A stretch of 64,000 bases of DNA from Candidatus Woesebacteria bacterium RIFCSPLOWO2_01_FULL_44_24b (lineage in GTDB: Bacteria > Patescibacteriota > Microgenomatia > UBA8517). Shown one piece after another: positions 1 through 10,010 of the stretch. The notes beneath the pieces are model-generated. The model worked only from the letters and a program-made list of their open reading frames with translations, was not told the DNA's origin and searched no databases. The stretch is from the NCBI GenBank assembly GCA_001793235.1, contig MGHM01000017.1, positions 2,971 through 66,970 on the forward strand, read 5' to 3'. A program made the translations under genes and the position numbers. Position 1 is the stretch's first letter, and each line of letters starts with the position of its first letter.

Positions 1-1583
1 TTCCAGTTTTTATTCTCGGGAACCTTCTGGCCTCCAAGAACAATGTCGACTCCGCGCCCGGCCATGTTTGTAGCAACGGTTACTCCCTTATATTTTCCGG
101 CATCGGCTATAATCATAGCCTCCCGTTCGTGATTTTTAGCATTCAAAATGTTGTGCAGAATTTTCTTTCTTTTAAGAAGCTCACTGATAATTTCGTTTTT
201 CTCAACTGAAGTCGTCCCAACCAAAACCGGCTGGCCTTTTTTGTACCTTTCGACAATCTCCGCTGCCAAGGCTGTGTACTTCCCCCGGACAGTTTTATAA
301 ACCAAGTCTGACCTGTCCTTTCTTACCGCGGGCTTGTGCGTTGGCACCACAATTACGTCAAGGTTGTAAATTTTCCTGAACTCGTCTGCTTCAGTCGCGG
401 CGGTTCCAGTCATACCCGAGAGGTGCTCGTACATTCTGAAGTAATTCTGAAACGAAATTGTGGCCAAGGTTTTGCTTTCCTGCTGAATAGGAACGTCTTC
501 TTTTGCCTCAACTGCTTGGTGAAGGCCATCACTCCAGCGCCGCCCCGGCATTAAGCGACCGGTAAACTCGTCAACTATAATAACAGCCCCATCTTTAACA
601 ATATATTCACGATCTTTTAAATAATGGGCGCGTGCTCTGAGGGCATTTTCAATATGGTGAATTGTGTCAAAATCTTTTTCGTATAAATTAGTGACCCCTA
701 AGATTTTTTCAACTTTAGTAATGCCGTGCTCGGTTAAAGTTGCGCTTTTGGCCTTCTCGTCAATTGTGTAGTCAGTGTCGGCATTAAGGTTCCCCACAAG
801 CCGGGAAAATTTGTAGTATTTATCTGTCGGGTCTGTGTCTGGAGCTGAAATAATGAGTGGGGTTCGGGCTTCATCAACTAAAACCTGGTCTACCTCATCA
901 ACGATGGCAAAATAGTGACCTCGCTGGACCATCCTTGAGATTTCCGGCACCATGTTATCGCGCAAATAATCAAAGCCGAACTCGTTATTGGTGCCATAGG
1001 TAATGTCAGCAGCATAAGCCTCCTTGCGCTCTACAGGTTTCAGGTGACTAAGCCGCTCGTCGCCATGAGAAGTGTCTTCATATTCTTTATCATAAAGATA
1101 GCTTTTTTGCTCCTGGGCAATTACACCGACTGAAAGGCCCAAAAACTCATAAATCGGTGCATTCCAACCGGCACCAATGCGTGCCAAGTAGTCGTTAACG
1201 GTCACCAAATGCACACCGCGACCGGTCAAGGCTCTTAAATAAAGAGGCGCGGCCGCGGATAAAGTTTTCCCTTCACCGGTTTTTTGCTCGGCGATTTTGC
1301 CTTCAAATAAAGCAATACCCGCAAGAAGCTGGACATCATATGGCCGCATGCCCACTGTTCGGCTTGCAGCCTCGCGAACAAGCGCAAATGCCTCGGGCAA
1401 TAACTCTTCCAGTGTCTCCCCTTTTTGAAGTCTTTTTTTGAGCTCCTCGGTGGTTTTTGGAAAGTCTTTGTCCTTGAGTTTTTTAACCTTTTCTTCCTCT
1501 TTGTTAACCTTATCAACAATTTTATTGATTCGATTAACTTCCCGTTTATTTAAATCTATGATGTTACTGAAAATTTGAATCAT
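1..1583 (-). CDS. secA: Preprotein translocase ATPase SecA, N-terminal ~527 aa; the gene continues beyond the window start
   Basis: Translation of the reverse strand from the ATG at 1583 gives [21 protein letters not shown]...[49 protein letters not shown]...[24 protein letters not shown]...[26 protein letters not shown], the classic SecA DEAD motor with Walker A/B. It is not in the ORF track because it runs off the window. Confidence 0.9.
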   Translation of the reverse strand, partial: MIQIFSNIIDLNKREVNRINKIVDKVNKEEEKVKKLKDKDFPKTTEELKKRLQKGETLEELLPEAFALVREAASRTVGMRPYDVQLLAGIALFEGKIAEQKTGEGKTLSAAAPLYLRALTGRGVHLVTVNDYLARIGAGWNAPIYEFLGLSVGVIAQEQKSYLYDKEYEDTSHGDERLSHLKPVERKEAYAADITYGTNNEFGFDYLRDNMVPEISRMVQRGHYFAIVDEVDQVLVDEARTPLIISAPDTDPTDKYYKFSRLVGNLNADTDYTIDEKAKSATLTEHGITKVEKILGVTNLYEKDFDTIHHIENALRARAHYLKDREYIVKDGAVIIVDEFTGRLMPGRRWSDGLHQAVEAKEDVPIQQESKTLATISFQNYFRMYEHLSGMTGTAATEADEFRKIYNLDVIVVPTHKPAVRKDRSDLVYKTVRGKYTALAAEIVERYKKGQPVLVGTTSVEKNEIISELLKRKKILHNILNAKNHEREAMIIADAGKYKGVTVATNMAGRGVDIVLGGQKVPENKNW

Positions 1584-1642
1584 GACCCTTCATTATACTG
1601 CATTCAGGCTAATTTGCATTGCCCGGATATATAATATAACTT

Positions 1643-1843
1643 GTGGCAGCAGAAAGACCTCTTTTTAAGCGTTGGGTTGAAAAAGGATCTGAAATCTCTC
1701 AAAAAATTGATAAGATTTCTCTCGTGGCAGGCGCCGGTTTCTATATAATTGGAGTGGCCGGCATAGCCGCGATATTAATAGGGGGAACAATAATTACATA
1801 TCCCATTGCCGAAGTGACAAAGAAGTGGGCAAGGAAAGATTAA
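1643..1843 (+). CDS. Small hydrophobic protein (single TM), hypothetical
   Basis: 66-aa ORF with a hydrophobic stretch AGAGFYIIGVAGIAAILIGGTII, divergent from secA; no family recognised. Confidence 0.3.
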   Translation: MAAERPLFKRWVEKGSEISQKIDKISLVAGAGFYIIGVAGIAAILIGGTIITYPIAEVTKKWARKD

Positions 1844-2241
1844 GTCTCTTCTCTCGATAATGAATCAATTTTCTCCAGGGCTGGCAAAAGAGCATCTCTC
1901 ACCATGCATATTTCTACTCCATCTAATTTTCGCCAATCCTCAACTTCACCAAGAAGATCACTTTCAACACCCATAATTATTTTATTCCCGTGTCTATCTA
2001 CTTGTATTTGCTCTTGATTATCTTTAAGTTCCTCTTCCGATAAATGCCTTATAACCAGATTTCCTTCTTCTATTTCAACCAACATATTGCTACGCACCGC
2101 CCTCTCGGCCACACCACCAACTAAATTTCCATTTTCTTCATTCGTTCTTTTGAGAATATCAAAAAATGCTTGAGTGTATCCCTTGTATTGTTCCGTCTCT
2201 TTGGTACTCGCTTCTGCCTCTGACATTTTTAGTTTGTACAA
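1840..2241 (-). CDS. Hypothetical protein (133 aa)
   Basis: ORF overlapping the downstream MTase gene by 13 nt (operonic); no motif recognised. Confidence 0.4.
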   Translation of the reverse strand: MYKLKMSEAEASTKETEQYKGYTQAFFDILKRTNEENGNLVGGVAERAVRSNMLVEIEEGNLVIRHLSEEELKDNQEQIQVDRHGNKIIMGVESDLLGEVEDWRKLDGVEICMVRDALLPALEKIDSLSREET

Positions 2242-2888
2242 ACAAACATAATATTTGCTTCGGGGTACAACCTGTCTACTCTATTAAACACCTTTTGTAG
2301 AACTTTCTCAAACTTTATCGCGTTGTCACGCTCCCGCGGCCCGTAGAGCCTGTTAAATATTGCGATCCCATCTGGAGAAAGAATATCTTTTACCTGTTTA
2401 ATCAAGGTAACCGACTCGAATTTCTTTGGGAAACCTGCTCCTACATACGTATCAAAACATATGAGGTCGTATGTCGTATTTCGTATATTGTATATCGGGT
2501 CTTTCATTGCATCCTCGGCATCGGCAATAACGATGTTTACATTTTGTTTATCTAACTTCATGTATTTCTTTCCCAACCCCACAATCACGGGATCTATATC
2601 AACACCGGTTGTGTCGACTTCGGGCCAGTTTTTCCTGACCAATTTTGCAATTGACCCGCCCCCCAAGCCAACTATCAAACAGCCTTTTACTCTTTCACTC
2701 TTCCACTCTTTCACTCTATTTAATGTGCTTTTCCAAATAACTTCAGCAAGCCCACCGGACTGTGGAAGCCCGCCGCCACGGATATAGGTGCCATAAGTCA
2801 GGTCGCGAATGACAGTCAGCTCGCCGTTAATGTCCGAGTTTACAGTCTTTAGCACCACCCGCCCCTCCAGTAAGTTTGTTAGAGACAT
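2229..2888 (-). CDS. Spermidine-synthase-like (PABS-type) SAM-dependent methyltransferase-fold protein
   Basis: LIVGLGGGSIAKLVRK...VDTTGVDIDPVIV...IVIADAEDAM...YDLICFDTYVGAG is a Rossmann GxGxG plus acidic residues, in the arrangement seen in spermidine/spermine synthases. It is not a DNA MTase: no DPPY/NPPY motif. Confidence 0.5.
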   Translation of the reverse strand: MSLTNLLEGRVVLKTVNSDINGELTVIRDLTYGTYIRGGGLPQSGGLAEVIWKSTLNRVKEWKSERVKGCLIVGLGGGSIAKLVRKNWPEVDTTGVDIDPVIVGLGKKYMKLDKQNVNIVIADAEDAMKDPIYNIRNTTYDLICFDTYVGAGFPKKFESVTLIKQVKDILSPDGIAIFNRLYGPRERDNAIKFEKVLQKVFNRVDRLYPEANIMFVCTN

Positions 2889-2933
2889 TTATTGATGTCC
2901 CTCTATTGAATTATTCTGATATTATATGCTCAA

Positions 2934-4505
2934 ATGAGCCAGTTTGAAAGGGAAGGGCAAATCTACCTAGGCCGGGAAGTGGAACCAGATAGTGAGAAAA
3001 AAGAATATACAATAGAACCCTCATACGATGCAGCATGGTTTTTAGGAGTTCTTTCCACAGCAGGCTACACTAGAATTCAAGGCAAAAGATACGCCGTACG
3101 TCTTCAAACACAGGATAGTGAGCTAATTGAAAAATTCAGTGCTTTAGGAGAGCAGATCTTAGAGACAAAACCTATTCTTTATACAAACGAGTACTCTGAT
3201 CCCAATAGAAAAATGAGCCAGACAGTTCAATTTTCTGGTAAAAAAGCCGTAACACAAACTGGAGATATGAGAAAAAGTATATGGCCAGCAACAATTGCTA
3301 GAAATCATTCTTGGATAATGGAAGATGATATATATTTATGGAAATTTATTGAAGGCATGTTTGATGCATCAGGACACATAGGAATAGCAGAGAGCTCCAA
3401 AGGAGTTAGGGGATACCTTAGAATTAATTGCCCAACTCAAGAAGGGCTTGTATTTATAAATTCCCTTCTCCAAAGACTTGAATTCAGAAACTCACAAGTT
3501 TATTTAAACCCTAAAGGTCGTGTTGGGTACATAAGAAACTATAGCCAAGAAGAGGTTGTAAATTTCTCTCTTAGCATAAATTCCTGTATAACACAAAAAC
3601 AGGAAAGCCTAGAGATAATGAGAAAAAAAGGAGTTGAAATTGCAAGAAGGAAGGAAAAATCCGAAAGAATAGAAGAACCTTCAACAAACTTAGCGTGGAC
3701 TTTGGGTGTTCTCTCAGCGGCAGGTCATGTAGACCCTAGTGGAGGGAGCATCGGAATAGTAAACAAACACGAAGAACTATTAAAAAAATTTTTGACGGTA
3801 GGTCAGGAGTTGTTCGGTACAACTGGATATCGTTTCAGACTTCAAGGAAAACACCCCGCGATAAAATTCAGTGATACCGCGAGTGCCAGAATTATAGGTG
3901 ACCTACGTTTCACTAACTGGGTTGCTAGAGTAAAGGAAAAATACCCCTGGCTAATTGACAAAGAGTATATATGGGATTTCCTCAGAGGATTCTTTGATGC
4001 TAGAGGGTACGTTAGCGATTTCAACGAATCAGCAGCTTCAAATTTACTGCTTACTCATCCGGACAAAAAAGGATGTAATTTTTTGCAAGACATATTGTTC
4101 GGGTTAGATTTTTCAAATCCTATTGTTGTAAAGAATAAGACCTACAAACAGGGTGTTCGAGGTGTACTTCTCGCGAGAAACGAGGATATAAAAAAGTTTG
4201 CTCAAAGTTTACACTCATGTATACCTGAAAAAGAGGAACGATTAGAAAAATTCCGACATATAATTTATAAAGAAAGCGAAGATCACAAAAGGATTGTTGA
4301 GGCATATGATAAAGTCTTTGAGGTTAGGCGACTCACTGGTTTAGGTTTATACGAGATCTCAAAACTCCCAGAAATAGCTAGCTATGAAATCCCGATAGCT
4401 ACTCTAAGAAAGTGGTTGTTTTACGATGCTAATCCCAGAAACACAAGGCGTAAAGGATTCAAATGGACAAACCCTATTGACATCAAAAAGCCTGACGATA
4501 TATAA
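2934..4505 (+). CDS. Four-motif LAGLIDADG-fold protein (tandem duplicated double-LAGLIDADG module) with C-terminal HTH-like segment; WhiA-like architecture, probably non-catalytic
   Basis: Four LAGLIDADG-like motifs: AWFLGVLSTAGYT, WKFIEGMFDASGHIG, AWTLGVLSAAGHV and WDFLRGFFDARGYVS. The canonical catalytic position (second D of LAGLIDADG) is S/A/R in all four. The C-terminus, GLGLYEISKLPEIASYEIPIATLRKWL, looks like an HTH. Confidence 0.6.
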   Translation: MSQFEREGQIYLGREVEPDSEKKEYTIEPSYDAAWFLGVLSTAGYTRIQGKRYAVRLQTQDSELIEKFSALGEQILETKPILYTNEYSDPNRKMSQTVQFSGKKAVTQTGDMRKSIWPATIARNHSWIMEDDIYLWKFIEGMFDASGHIGIAESSKGVRGYLRINCPTQEGLVFINSLLQRLEFRNSQVYLNPKGRVGYIRNYSQEEVVNFSLSINSCITQKQESLEIMRKKGVEIARRKEKSERIEEPSTNLAWTLGVLSAAGHVDPSGGSIGIVNKHEELLKKFLTVGQELFGTTGYRFRLQGKHPAIKFSDTASARIIGDLRFTNWVARVKEKYPWLIDKEYIWDFLRGFFDARGYVSDFNESAASNLLLTHPDKKGCNFLQDILFGLDFSNPIVVKNKTYKQGVRGVLLARNEDIKKFAQSLHSCIPEKEERLEKFRHIIYKESEDHKRIVEAYDKVFEVRRLTGLGLYEISKLPEIASYEIPIATLRKWLFYDANPRNTRRKGFKWTNPIDIKKPDDI

Positions 4506-4514
4506 ACACTAATC

Positions 4515-6443
4515 ATGCCAGAGAGATCAAAAGGAAAAGAACATAAAGAAATAATACACATACCGGTGGAAGAACTTGCAAAGGATAACCCTCAAATCGA
4601 AACTCCCAACCCTACTAGCTATGACGACATGGTAACTTCTTTTGCTCCTGGTCTATTTGATTCTATTAAGGTGGCAAGAGTTGACTTTGTTGAACAAGGG
4701 CAAATGGTATCGCGTTGGGGGATAGTAGATGGCAACTCCAAAACCAAATTCGCATATGACCACGGAAAAGAACATGGAATTACCGAGTTGGAATGCTACG
4801 ACGCTACACAAGAGTTATTGAGAAACCCAAGAATTGCGGACAGACCTGGTATTAAGAAAAATTCTCTTTCCATCAATGAATATCTAAGAGCAGTTATCCC
4901 ACCCACAAGAGAACATCGTGATATTGCAGCCAGAAGAATTGCTGGTCATATTACTCAAGGGTGGGATGGCTTGGTAGGCCAAGATATCTCTCGAGAATTC
5001 ACTGCTTCCGCGGCCTTAAGCTTACTAAATGACCCAAGAATCTCGACTTCCACAGAATTCTTACTGGCAAGATCAATTTCCAAACTGGACACGATTATAT
5101 CGAACGAAACAGAAGAAAAAAGGCAAATTATTCAGCAAGCTCTCGTTGAAATGAACTATATTCTTCAAGAAAGCCAACTACGACCTGGTGCTGTCTATAA
5201 GGAAATATTTATTTTGGTAGCATCAAAAGACCCGATGATTGGCGGAGCAAAGCAGGCATTACATCAAATGCATGGAGTTCTGAACCTGCCAGCTTTCCAG
5301 TCTAAGCTTGATGAATTAGGTCAAAGAGATATCGCTACTCAGAAGATTACTCAAGATAAACTTGCAAATTTGGCCCTTGAAACTATGAGTCGATTAGAAA
5401 AGGGAAACCAGGATCCGTCGTTGATTCCCACGATACTCCTCGATCAAAATTTAACTTTGGAAGAAACATCTGAAGTCATCTCGAGTGAGCAGGTTGCCAT
5501 AAGGTACGATGAAGTAAGACAAGCCAAACGCAGAAAAGATATAACACAGTCATACTCCGAACTAAAGGGCAGTGCCAGTATCTCCGATCTAGAATTAGAA
5601 TTAATATCAAGGTTTTCTGAGATAAACTTAAAGAGGGAGCAGTTTAAAGACGTTGCAAAGGTTATCCACAAAACGTCCACGACAGTCAATAATGTTACTA
5701 ATCTACTCCTACATATCGAATCTGAGCAAGATTCTTTAACTGAAAGAGGGGTAAAACAAACAACGCTGGATAAAGTTGGGGAGGTACTCTCGGATAATCT
5801 ACAAAATCTAGCTGCTTCTCAATCTCATCATCAACTTAGGCTACGAGAAAATGAGCTAAACACGGCCTATCAAGAATCACTAGAAGCAATACAAAGAGAT
5901 CGGGTTATAGTAAAAACCCAAGCGCAGATAGACTCCCTTATAAGACCAAGGTTAGCAAACTCATTCCGACCAGAAGTTACTGCTGCACTAGAAAAAAGAA
6001 CATTTTTGTATCTCATGGCGCACACCGGGGAGGAAATAAATAATATAGTTCCCCAGTTAATCGATCTGGATATAGACCTTTTAGTACGAGTGGTTGACGG
6101 CTCAGTAACACTTCAACACGCCAAAAACTTACAGAATGGAAGAAACTCGGAATGGCCACTGCCAACAGAACTTCCCCGTAAGGAAATTCCTGCAGAAATT
6201 GCAGAAATACAAAATCTCAAACTTTCAGAAGCTTTAAATAACCTTATTGACGTAATGCAATTTATCGAGTTAAACCCAGATTACTTAACCGTGGAAAATA
6301 AAGAAAAGGGCTGGCAAACAATTGTTGCTTTGGTAAAAATTGTCCACGGCCACCCAGATGCCAAGAGAATGATTGAAGATTATGATTCGTTATTAAAAAA
6401 GGTTATTAGATTACAAGAGCAACTTACCATAAAAAGGGACTAG
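4515..6443 (+). CDS. Large (642 aa) mostly alpha-helical hypothetical protein with ParB/Srx-like (DGQHR/DUF262-like) N-terminal region
   Basis: The N-terminus, IIHIPVEELAKDNPQIETPNP...QMVSRWGIVDGNSKTKFAY, resembles a ParB-fold 'I.V..L..NP.Q.R ... ivDGqhR..A' segment, with a DGNSK variant of DGQHR. The remainder is coiled-coil-like. It starts 10 nt after the previous gene. Confidence 0.45.
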   Translation: MPERSKGKEHKEIIHIPVEELAKDNPQIETPNPTSYDDMVTSFAPGLFDSIKVARVDFVEQGQMVSRWGIVDGNSKTKFAYDHGKEHGITELECYDATQELLRNPRIADRPGIKKNSLSINEYLRAVIPPTREHRDIAARRIAGHITQGWDGLVGQDISREFTASAALSLLNDPRISTSTEFLLARSISKLDTIISNETEEKRQIIQQALVEMNYILQESQLRPGAVYKEIFILVASKDPMIGGAKQALHQMHGVLNLPAFQSKLDELGQRDIATQKITQDKLANLALETMSRLEKGNQDPSLIPTILLDQNLTLEETSEVISSEQVAIRYDEVRQAKRRKDITQSYSELKGSASISDLELELISRFSEINLKREQFKDVAKVIHKTSTTVNNVTNLLLHIESEQDSLTERGVKQTTLDKVGEVLSDNLQNLAASQSHHQLRLRENELNTAYQESLEAIQRDRVIVKTQAQIDSLIRPRLANSFRPEVTAALEKRTFLYLMAHTGEEINNIVPQLIDLDIDLLVRVVDGSVTLQHAKNLQNGRNSEWPLPTELPRKEIPAEIAEIQNLKLSEALNNLIDVMQFIELNPDYLTVENKEKGWQTIVALVKIVHGHPDAKRMIEDYDSLLKKVIRLQEQLTIKRD

Positions 6444-6482
6444 ACTATTTACTTCGTCTTTTATTGGGGATAGAATATCTAT

Positions 6483-7646
6483 ATGGCAAATGCACCTCTT
6501 GCTGAGAAGCTAAGACCAAAGAAATTAAGTGAGTTTATCGGGCAAAGTAATTTGGTCGGAAAAGAAGGAATAATTAGAAAACTCCTTGCCCCAAACGTAG
6601 CCAGAGGCGAAGTGGGGTTCCCGTCACTCATTTTCTGGGGGCCTCCGGGAAGCGGCAAAACAACTTTAGCCCGCATTATTGCCGGTGAGCTCCAGAGACA
6701 ATATTTTGAAATATCTGCCGTCAATGCCTCGTCAAAAGAAATTCAAAAACTGGTCAAGGATAACTCCAACTTTATTCTCTTTATTGACGAGATTCATCGG
6801 TTCAACAAAGCCCAACAAGACAGGCTTTTGCCATATGTGGAAAGGGGAGATTTTATTTTAATTGGTGCAACTACTGAAAACCCATCTTTTGAAGTAATTG
6901 CGCCACTCCTTTCCCGCTCACGGGTGCTGGTTTTAAAACAGCATTCAGAAAAAGAGTTAGAGCTAATCTTAAACAAAGCTCTGAAATACTTAAAAATTAA
7001 AATAGATAAAAAGGCAGAGGAGTTTTTGGTTGAGAGCTCAAACGGCGACGCGCGAGTTTTAATAAATGTTTTAGAAATTGCAAATTCGCTAAAGACTAAA
7101 TATAAAATACTTGATACCACGATTATAGAAAACGCTCTTCAGAGACGTCAGCTTACGTTCGACAAACAAGGCGAGGAGTACTACAACGTCATTTCGGCGT
7201 TTATTAAAAGCATGAGAGCTTCCCAACCCGATGCAGTTCTTTATTATTTAGCGCGAATGGTGGAAGCCGGCCAGGACCCCTTGTATATTGCCAGACGCAT
7301 GGTTGTTTTCGCCAGTGAAGACATTGGCATGGCCCAGCCGACTGCACTGGTCGTTGCCAATGAAGTCTTTCGTGCATGCGAAACTATTGGCTATCCGGAA
7401 TGCGCAATAAATCTGGCTCACGGCGTGGTCTATTTGGCAACGGCCAAAAAGGACCGCTCGGCATATAATGCCTACATGGCGGCACTTTCAGATGTCCGCC
7501 AGCACGGCAATCTTCCGGTTCCCATGAATATCCGAAACCCCTCAACAAAACTCATGAAAGGTTTGGGCTATAGCAAAGGCTACGAAAAATATGATACTCA
7601 AAGTTATTTACCCGATAGACTTAAAGGTAAGAAGTATTATAATTGA
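6483..7646 (+). CDS. rarA: Replication-associated recombination protein A (AAA+ ATPase RarA/MgsA)
   Basis: [17 protein letters not shown]...[22 protein letters not shown]...[16 protein letters not shown]...[11 protein letters not shown]... and C-terminal MgsA_C-like [37 protein letters not shown]. Confidence 0.9.
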   Translation: MANAPLAEKLRPKKLSEFIGQSNLVGKEGIIRKLLAPNVARGEVGFPSLIFWGPPGSGKTTLARIIAGELQRQYFEISAVNASSKEIQKLVKDNSNFILFIDEIHRFNKAQQDRLLPYVERGDFILIGATTENPSFEVIAPLLSRSRVLVLKQHSEKELELILNKALKYLKIKIDKKAEEFLVESSNGDARVLINVLEIANSLKTKYKILDTTIIENALQRRQLTFDKQGEEYYNVISAFIKSMRASQPDAVLYYLARMVEAGQDPLYIARRMVVFASEDIGMAQPTALVVANEVFRACETIGYPECAINLAHGVVYLATAKKDRSAYNAYMAALSDVRQHGNLPVPMNIRNPSTKLMKGLGYSKGYEKYDTQSYLPDRLKGKKYYN

Positions 7647-7649
7647 TTT

Positions 7650-8267
7650 ATGCCAGACGAATTTACAGATCCTACTGAGCACAAGCCAGAAAGTAAATCT
7701 CTGAGTTCTCCAGCCGAAGAAATAAATGCTCTACCTTCCATAGATCAAAGATATGAAACAGGATTAAGTCAAATTGCTAAAGAATTTAGCGATCAAGACA
7801 GGGCCAAAGAACTTACTATTGTTGCAGCCCAGTCACTAAAGCACTTTTTCGACAAAGAGGTTTACGGGGATCCAGAACTTAATGGGATTGATAAACTACC
7901 AACATATTGGTCATATGTTAGATTTTTAACTTGGGATAAGTTGAGACCTCATCTGGGACACGGGGAAACAGAATATGCAAACCACAACTATTCAGACAAA
8001 TTCCTCCAAGATATAAGCGACGAAGCAAATCAAATTTCTGAGCTGATGCCTGAAAATTTAAAACCAGAAGAATGGCATTTTATGGTGCGCGTTTGGTCCC
8101 ATATGCTAATGTCCGATCCTTTTTTGGTGAGACAAGGTTACATTACCGAAGAAGGACGTGACCATATGATTACACATGCTCTGTATGCTGGCCCTTCAGA
8201 TGAAATGTATCATTCGCGATTTAGTCAATGGAGGGATAACCTCTCAACAGGAATAAGAGAATCATAA
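7650..8267 (+). CDS. Hypothetical protein (205 aa)
   Basis: ORF 4 nt after rarA, same strand; no motif recognised. Confidence 0.45.
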   Translation: MPDEFTDPTEHKPESKSLSSPAEEINALPSIDQRYETGLSQIAKEFSDQDRAKELTIVAAQSLKHFFDKEVYGDPELNGIDKLPTYWSYVRFLTWDKLRPHLGHGETEYANHNYSDKFLQDISDEANQISELMPENLKPEEWHFMVRVWSHMLMSDPFLVRQGYITEEGRDHMITHALYAGPSDEMYHSRFSQWRDNLSTGIRES

Positions 8268-8899
8268 TAAAGACAAAGAATAAAATCAAAGCAGTTTTTA
8301 TTGACTGGAATGGTACATTATCTAACTCGAAATTTTTTGGGCATCTAGAAACGGAAAGTCCACAACTATACTCCAGAGTCCAAGATACACTTTTCGGTGG
8401 ACAATTAAGCCACCTGCTAAACCCCTGGATGATTGGAGACTTTGATAGCGAAACCGTCATAAAACACTTGGCAAATAAACTAGATTATCCGTTTAGCAAG
8501 CTCTTCGGCGAGTTTATTAAATCTTGCGAAAATATGCTTATTGATCCGGAAGTTCTTAGCTTGGTTGGTAAAATTAGGGCCAAGAAAATTAAGGTTGTGG
8601 TAGCGACAGACAATATGGATTCCTTCGACAGATGGACGTCGTCTTCGTTAAACCTGAAGAACCACTTCGACGCACTCCTTAATTCTTACAATATAAAGGC
8701 TAGAAAAAATGATTTCGACGAGAATGGTAACAGTTTGTTCTTTGGTGACTACCTAAGCACGCACAAATTGAGCCCTTCAGAAACTATACTAATTGATGAC
8801 TCTGAAGACAAGGAAAATTTACTATCAAACTACGGGGTCAATTGCAGAAAAATAGAATATGGGACAGGACTTAAAGAAGAACTTCGAAACATATTATAA
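8261..8899 (+). CDS. HAD-superfamily hydrolase-like protein; no canonical start codon upstream of motif I (start uncertain; possible frameshifted fusion with the preceding gene)
   Basis: The frame opened at 8240 encodes IKAVFIDWNGTLS (HAD motif I, DxDGT-like with N) at 8291-8329, then KVVVATDNMDS and ILIDDSEDK (motif IV-like). The first ATG/GTG/TTG in this frame is only at 8429, downstream of motif I. Confidence 0.4.
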   Translation: MIIKTKNKIKAVFIDWNGTLSNSKFFGHLETESPQLYSRVQDTLFGGQLSHLLNPWMIGDFDSETVIKHLANKLDYPFSKLFGEFIKSCENMLIDPEVLSLVGKIRAKKIKVVVATDNMDSFDRWTSSSLNLKNHFDALLNSYNIKARKNDFDENGNSLFFGDYLSTHKLSPSETILIDDSEDKENLLSNYGVNCRKIEYGTGLKEELRNIL

Positions 8900-8912
8900 G
8901 AGGAAAAAAGTA

Positions 8913-9206
8913 TTATTGACGTGCTCGTTCGTCCAATACCTTTTCCAGATGCGATAGCGCAGAAGTCGGTTTCCCAATTCGAACAAAATGACCGCTTATC
9001 ACGCCACCCGGAATCACGGTTTCTCCTCCATCCTCAGGATTGGAAATCGCTGCCACCGGGCAACCGCCATCTGATTTATAACCCAATTGGGCCACTATTT
9101 TTTCGTCATCAAATATTGGGCATGTTCCTGTCCAAATAAAGATGCAGTTTGCTGCCTTACAGTTATAATCTGAAACTACAGTTGCTTTTAATCTCTCCGA
9201 GTCCAT
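8913..9206 (-). CDS. Small ferredoxin-like protein (single Fe-S cluster type) with C-terminal extension
   Basis: VVSDYNCKAANCIFIWTGTCPIFDDEKIVAQL...DGGCPVAAISNPED matches the single-cluster ferredoxin pattern VDxxxCxxxxxC...CPxxF..DE...CPVxAI. Confidence 0.45.
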   Translation of the reverse strand: MDSERLKATVVSDYNCKAANCIFIWTGTCPIFDDEKIVAQLGYKSDGGCPVAAISNPEDGGETVIPGGVISGHFVRIGKPTSALSHLEKVLDERARQ

Positions 9207-9271
9207 GGCCTAATATATACTCCCATTACCAAATTTTGTCAAAAGGACTTACTATTAGTATAATTCGTTTT

Positions 9272-9997
9272 ATGTATTCATACAAAGATATCTTCGGAGA
9301 TAAAAAGCGAGTTCTTTTTGTGATGGCCCATCCGGATGATGCCGATGTTTTTTTTGGAGGAATAATTTCGCTTCTGAGGCAAGACAAAAAAGAAGTATTT
9401 GTTTTAGTCATGACTAATGGTTGCCGCGGTAGCCGCGATAATCACATTTCCGAAGACGCCCTCGCGGAAGCCAGAACTGGCGAGCAAAAAAATGCGTTAA
9501 AACAATATGGTGTGCCGGGTACTAACTTTATTTCATTAAATTATAAAGACGGCGAAGCTGAGAATAATATGGAGTTAATCGGCAAAATTGCTTATGTTGT
9601 ACGAAAATTCAAACCAGATATTGTTTGTACGCATAATCCTAATTCATTTTTCTCAAAAAGCTTTACCCAAGATCATTATCATGTTAATCACAAAGACCAT
9701 CGAATTTGCGGCACGTCAACCATGGATGCCGTTTACCCCTTTAGCCGCGACAGAAGCTTTTTTATTGAACACACCCAAGAGGGACTACACCCGCATATCG
9801 TGCGCGCAATGCTATTTACGGCAACTCCAGAGCAGATTAACACCAAAATTGATATCGAAAAAGTCATTAAAACAAAGAAAAATGGAATGGCCAAACACAA
9901 AAGCCAGTTTAACAAGGAAAAGATCGAAGAAATACTCGGGCATTTTAAGGATGGTAAAAATGACGTGGAGAGAGGATTTTATATTAAATTAGGATAA
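9272..9997 (+). CDS. PIG-L/LmbE-family N-acetylglucosaminyl deacetylase-like protein
   Basis: KRVLFVMAHPDDADVFFGG is the signature AHPDD motif of the LmbE/PIG-L family. The start is taken at the ATG at 9272; the ORF-track start at 9149 would overlap the convergent ferredoxin gene. Confidence 0.7.
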   Translation: MYSYKDIFGDKKRVLFVMAHPDDADVFFGGIISLLRQDKKEVFVLVMTNGCRGSRDNHISEDALAEARTGEQKNALKQYGVPGTNFISLNYKDGEAENNMELIGKIAYVVRKFKPDIVCTHNPNSFFSKSFTQDHYHVNHKDHRICGTSTMDAVYPFSRDRSFFIEHTQEGLHPHIVRAMLFTATPEQINTKIDIEKVIKTKKNGMAKHKSQFNKEKIEEILGHFKDGKNDVERGFYIKLG

Positions 9998-10010
9998 GTT
10001 AACAATCCCC

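Noticed and set aside
1584-1642. Possible divergent promoter between secA and the 66-aa ORF (TTGCAT ... TATAAT-like hexamers).
   Set aside because: Hexamer spacing (about 10 nt) does not fit a sigma70 promoter; not reported as a feature.
8240-8267. Programmed -1 ribosomal frameshift joining the 7650-8267 ORF to the HAD-like frame.
   Set aside because: No X XXY YYZ slippery heptamer or obvious downstream pseudoknot in the 28-nt overlap. Non-canonical initiation or a sequencing indel are simpler explanations (kept as a finding).
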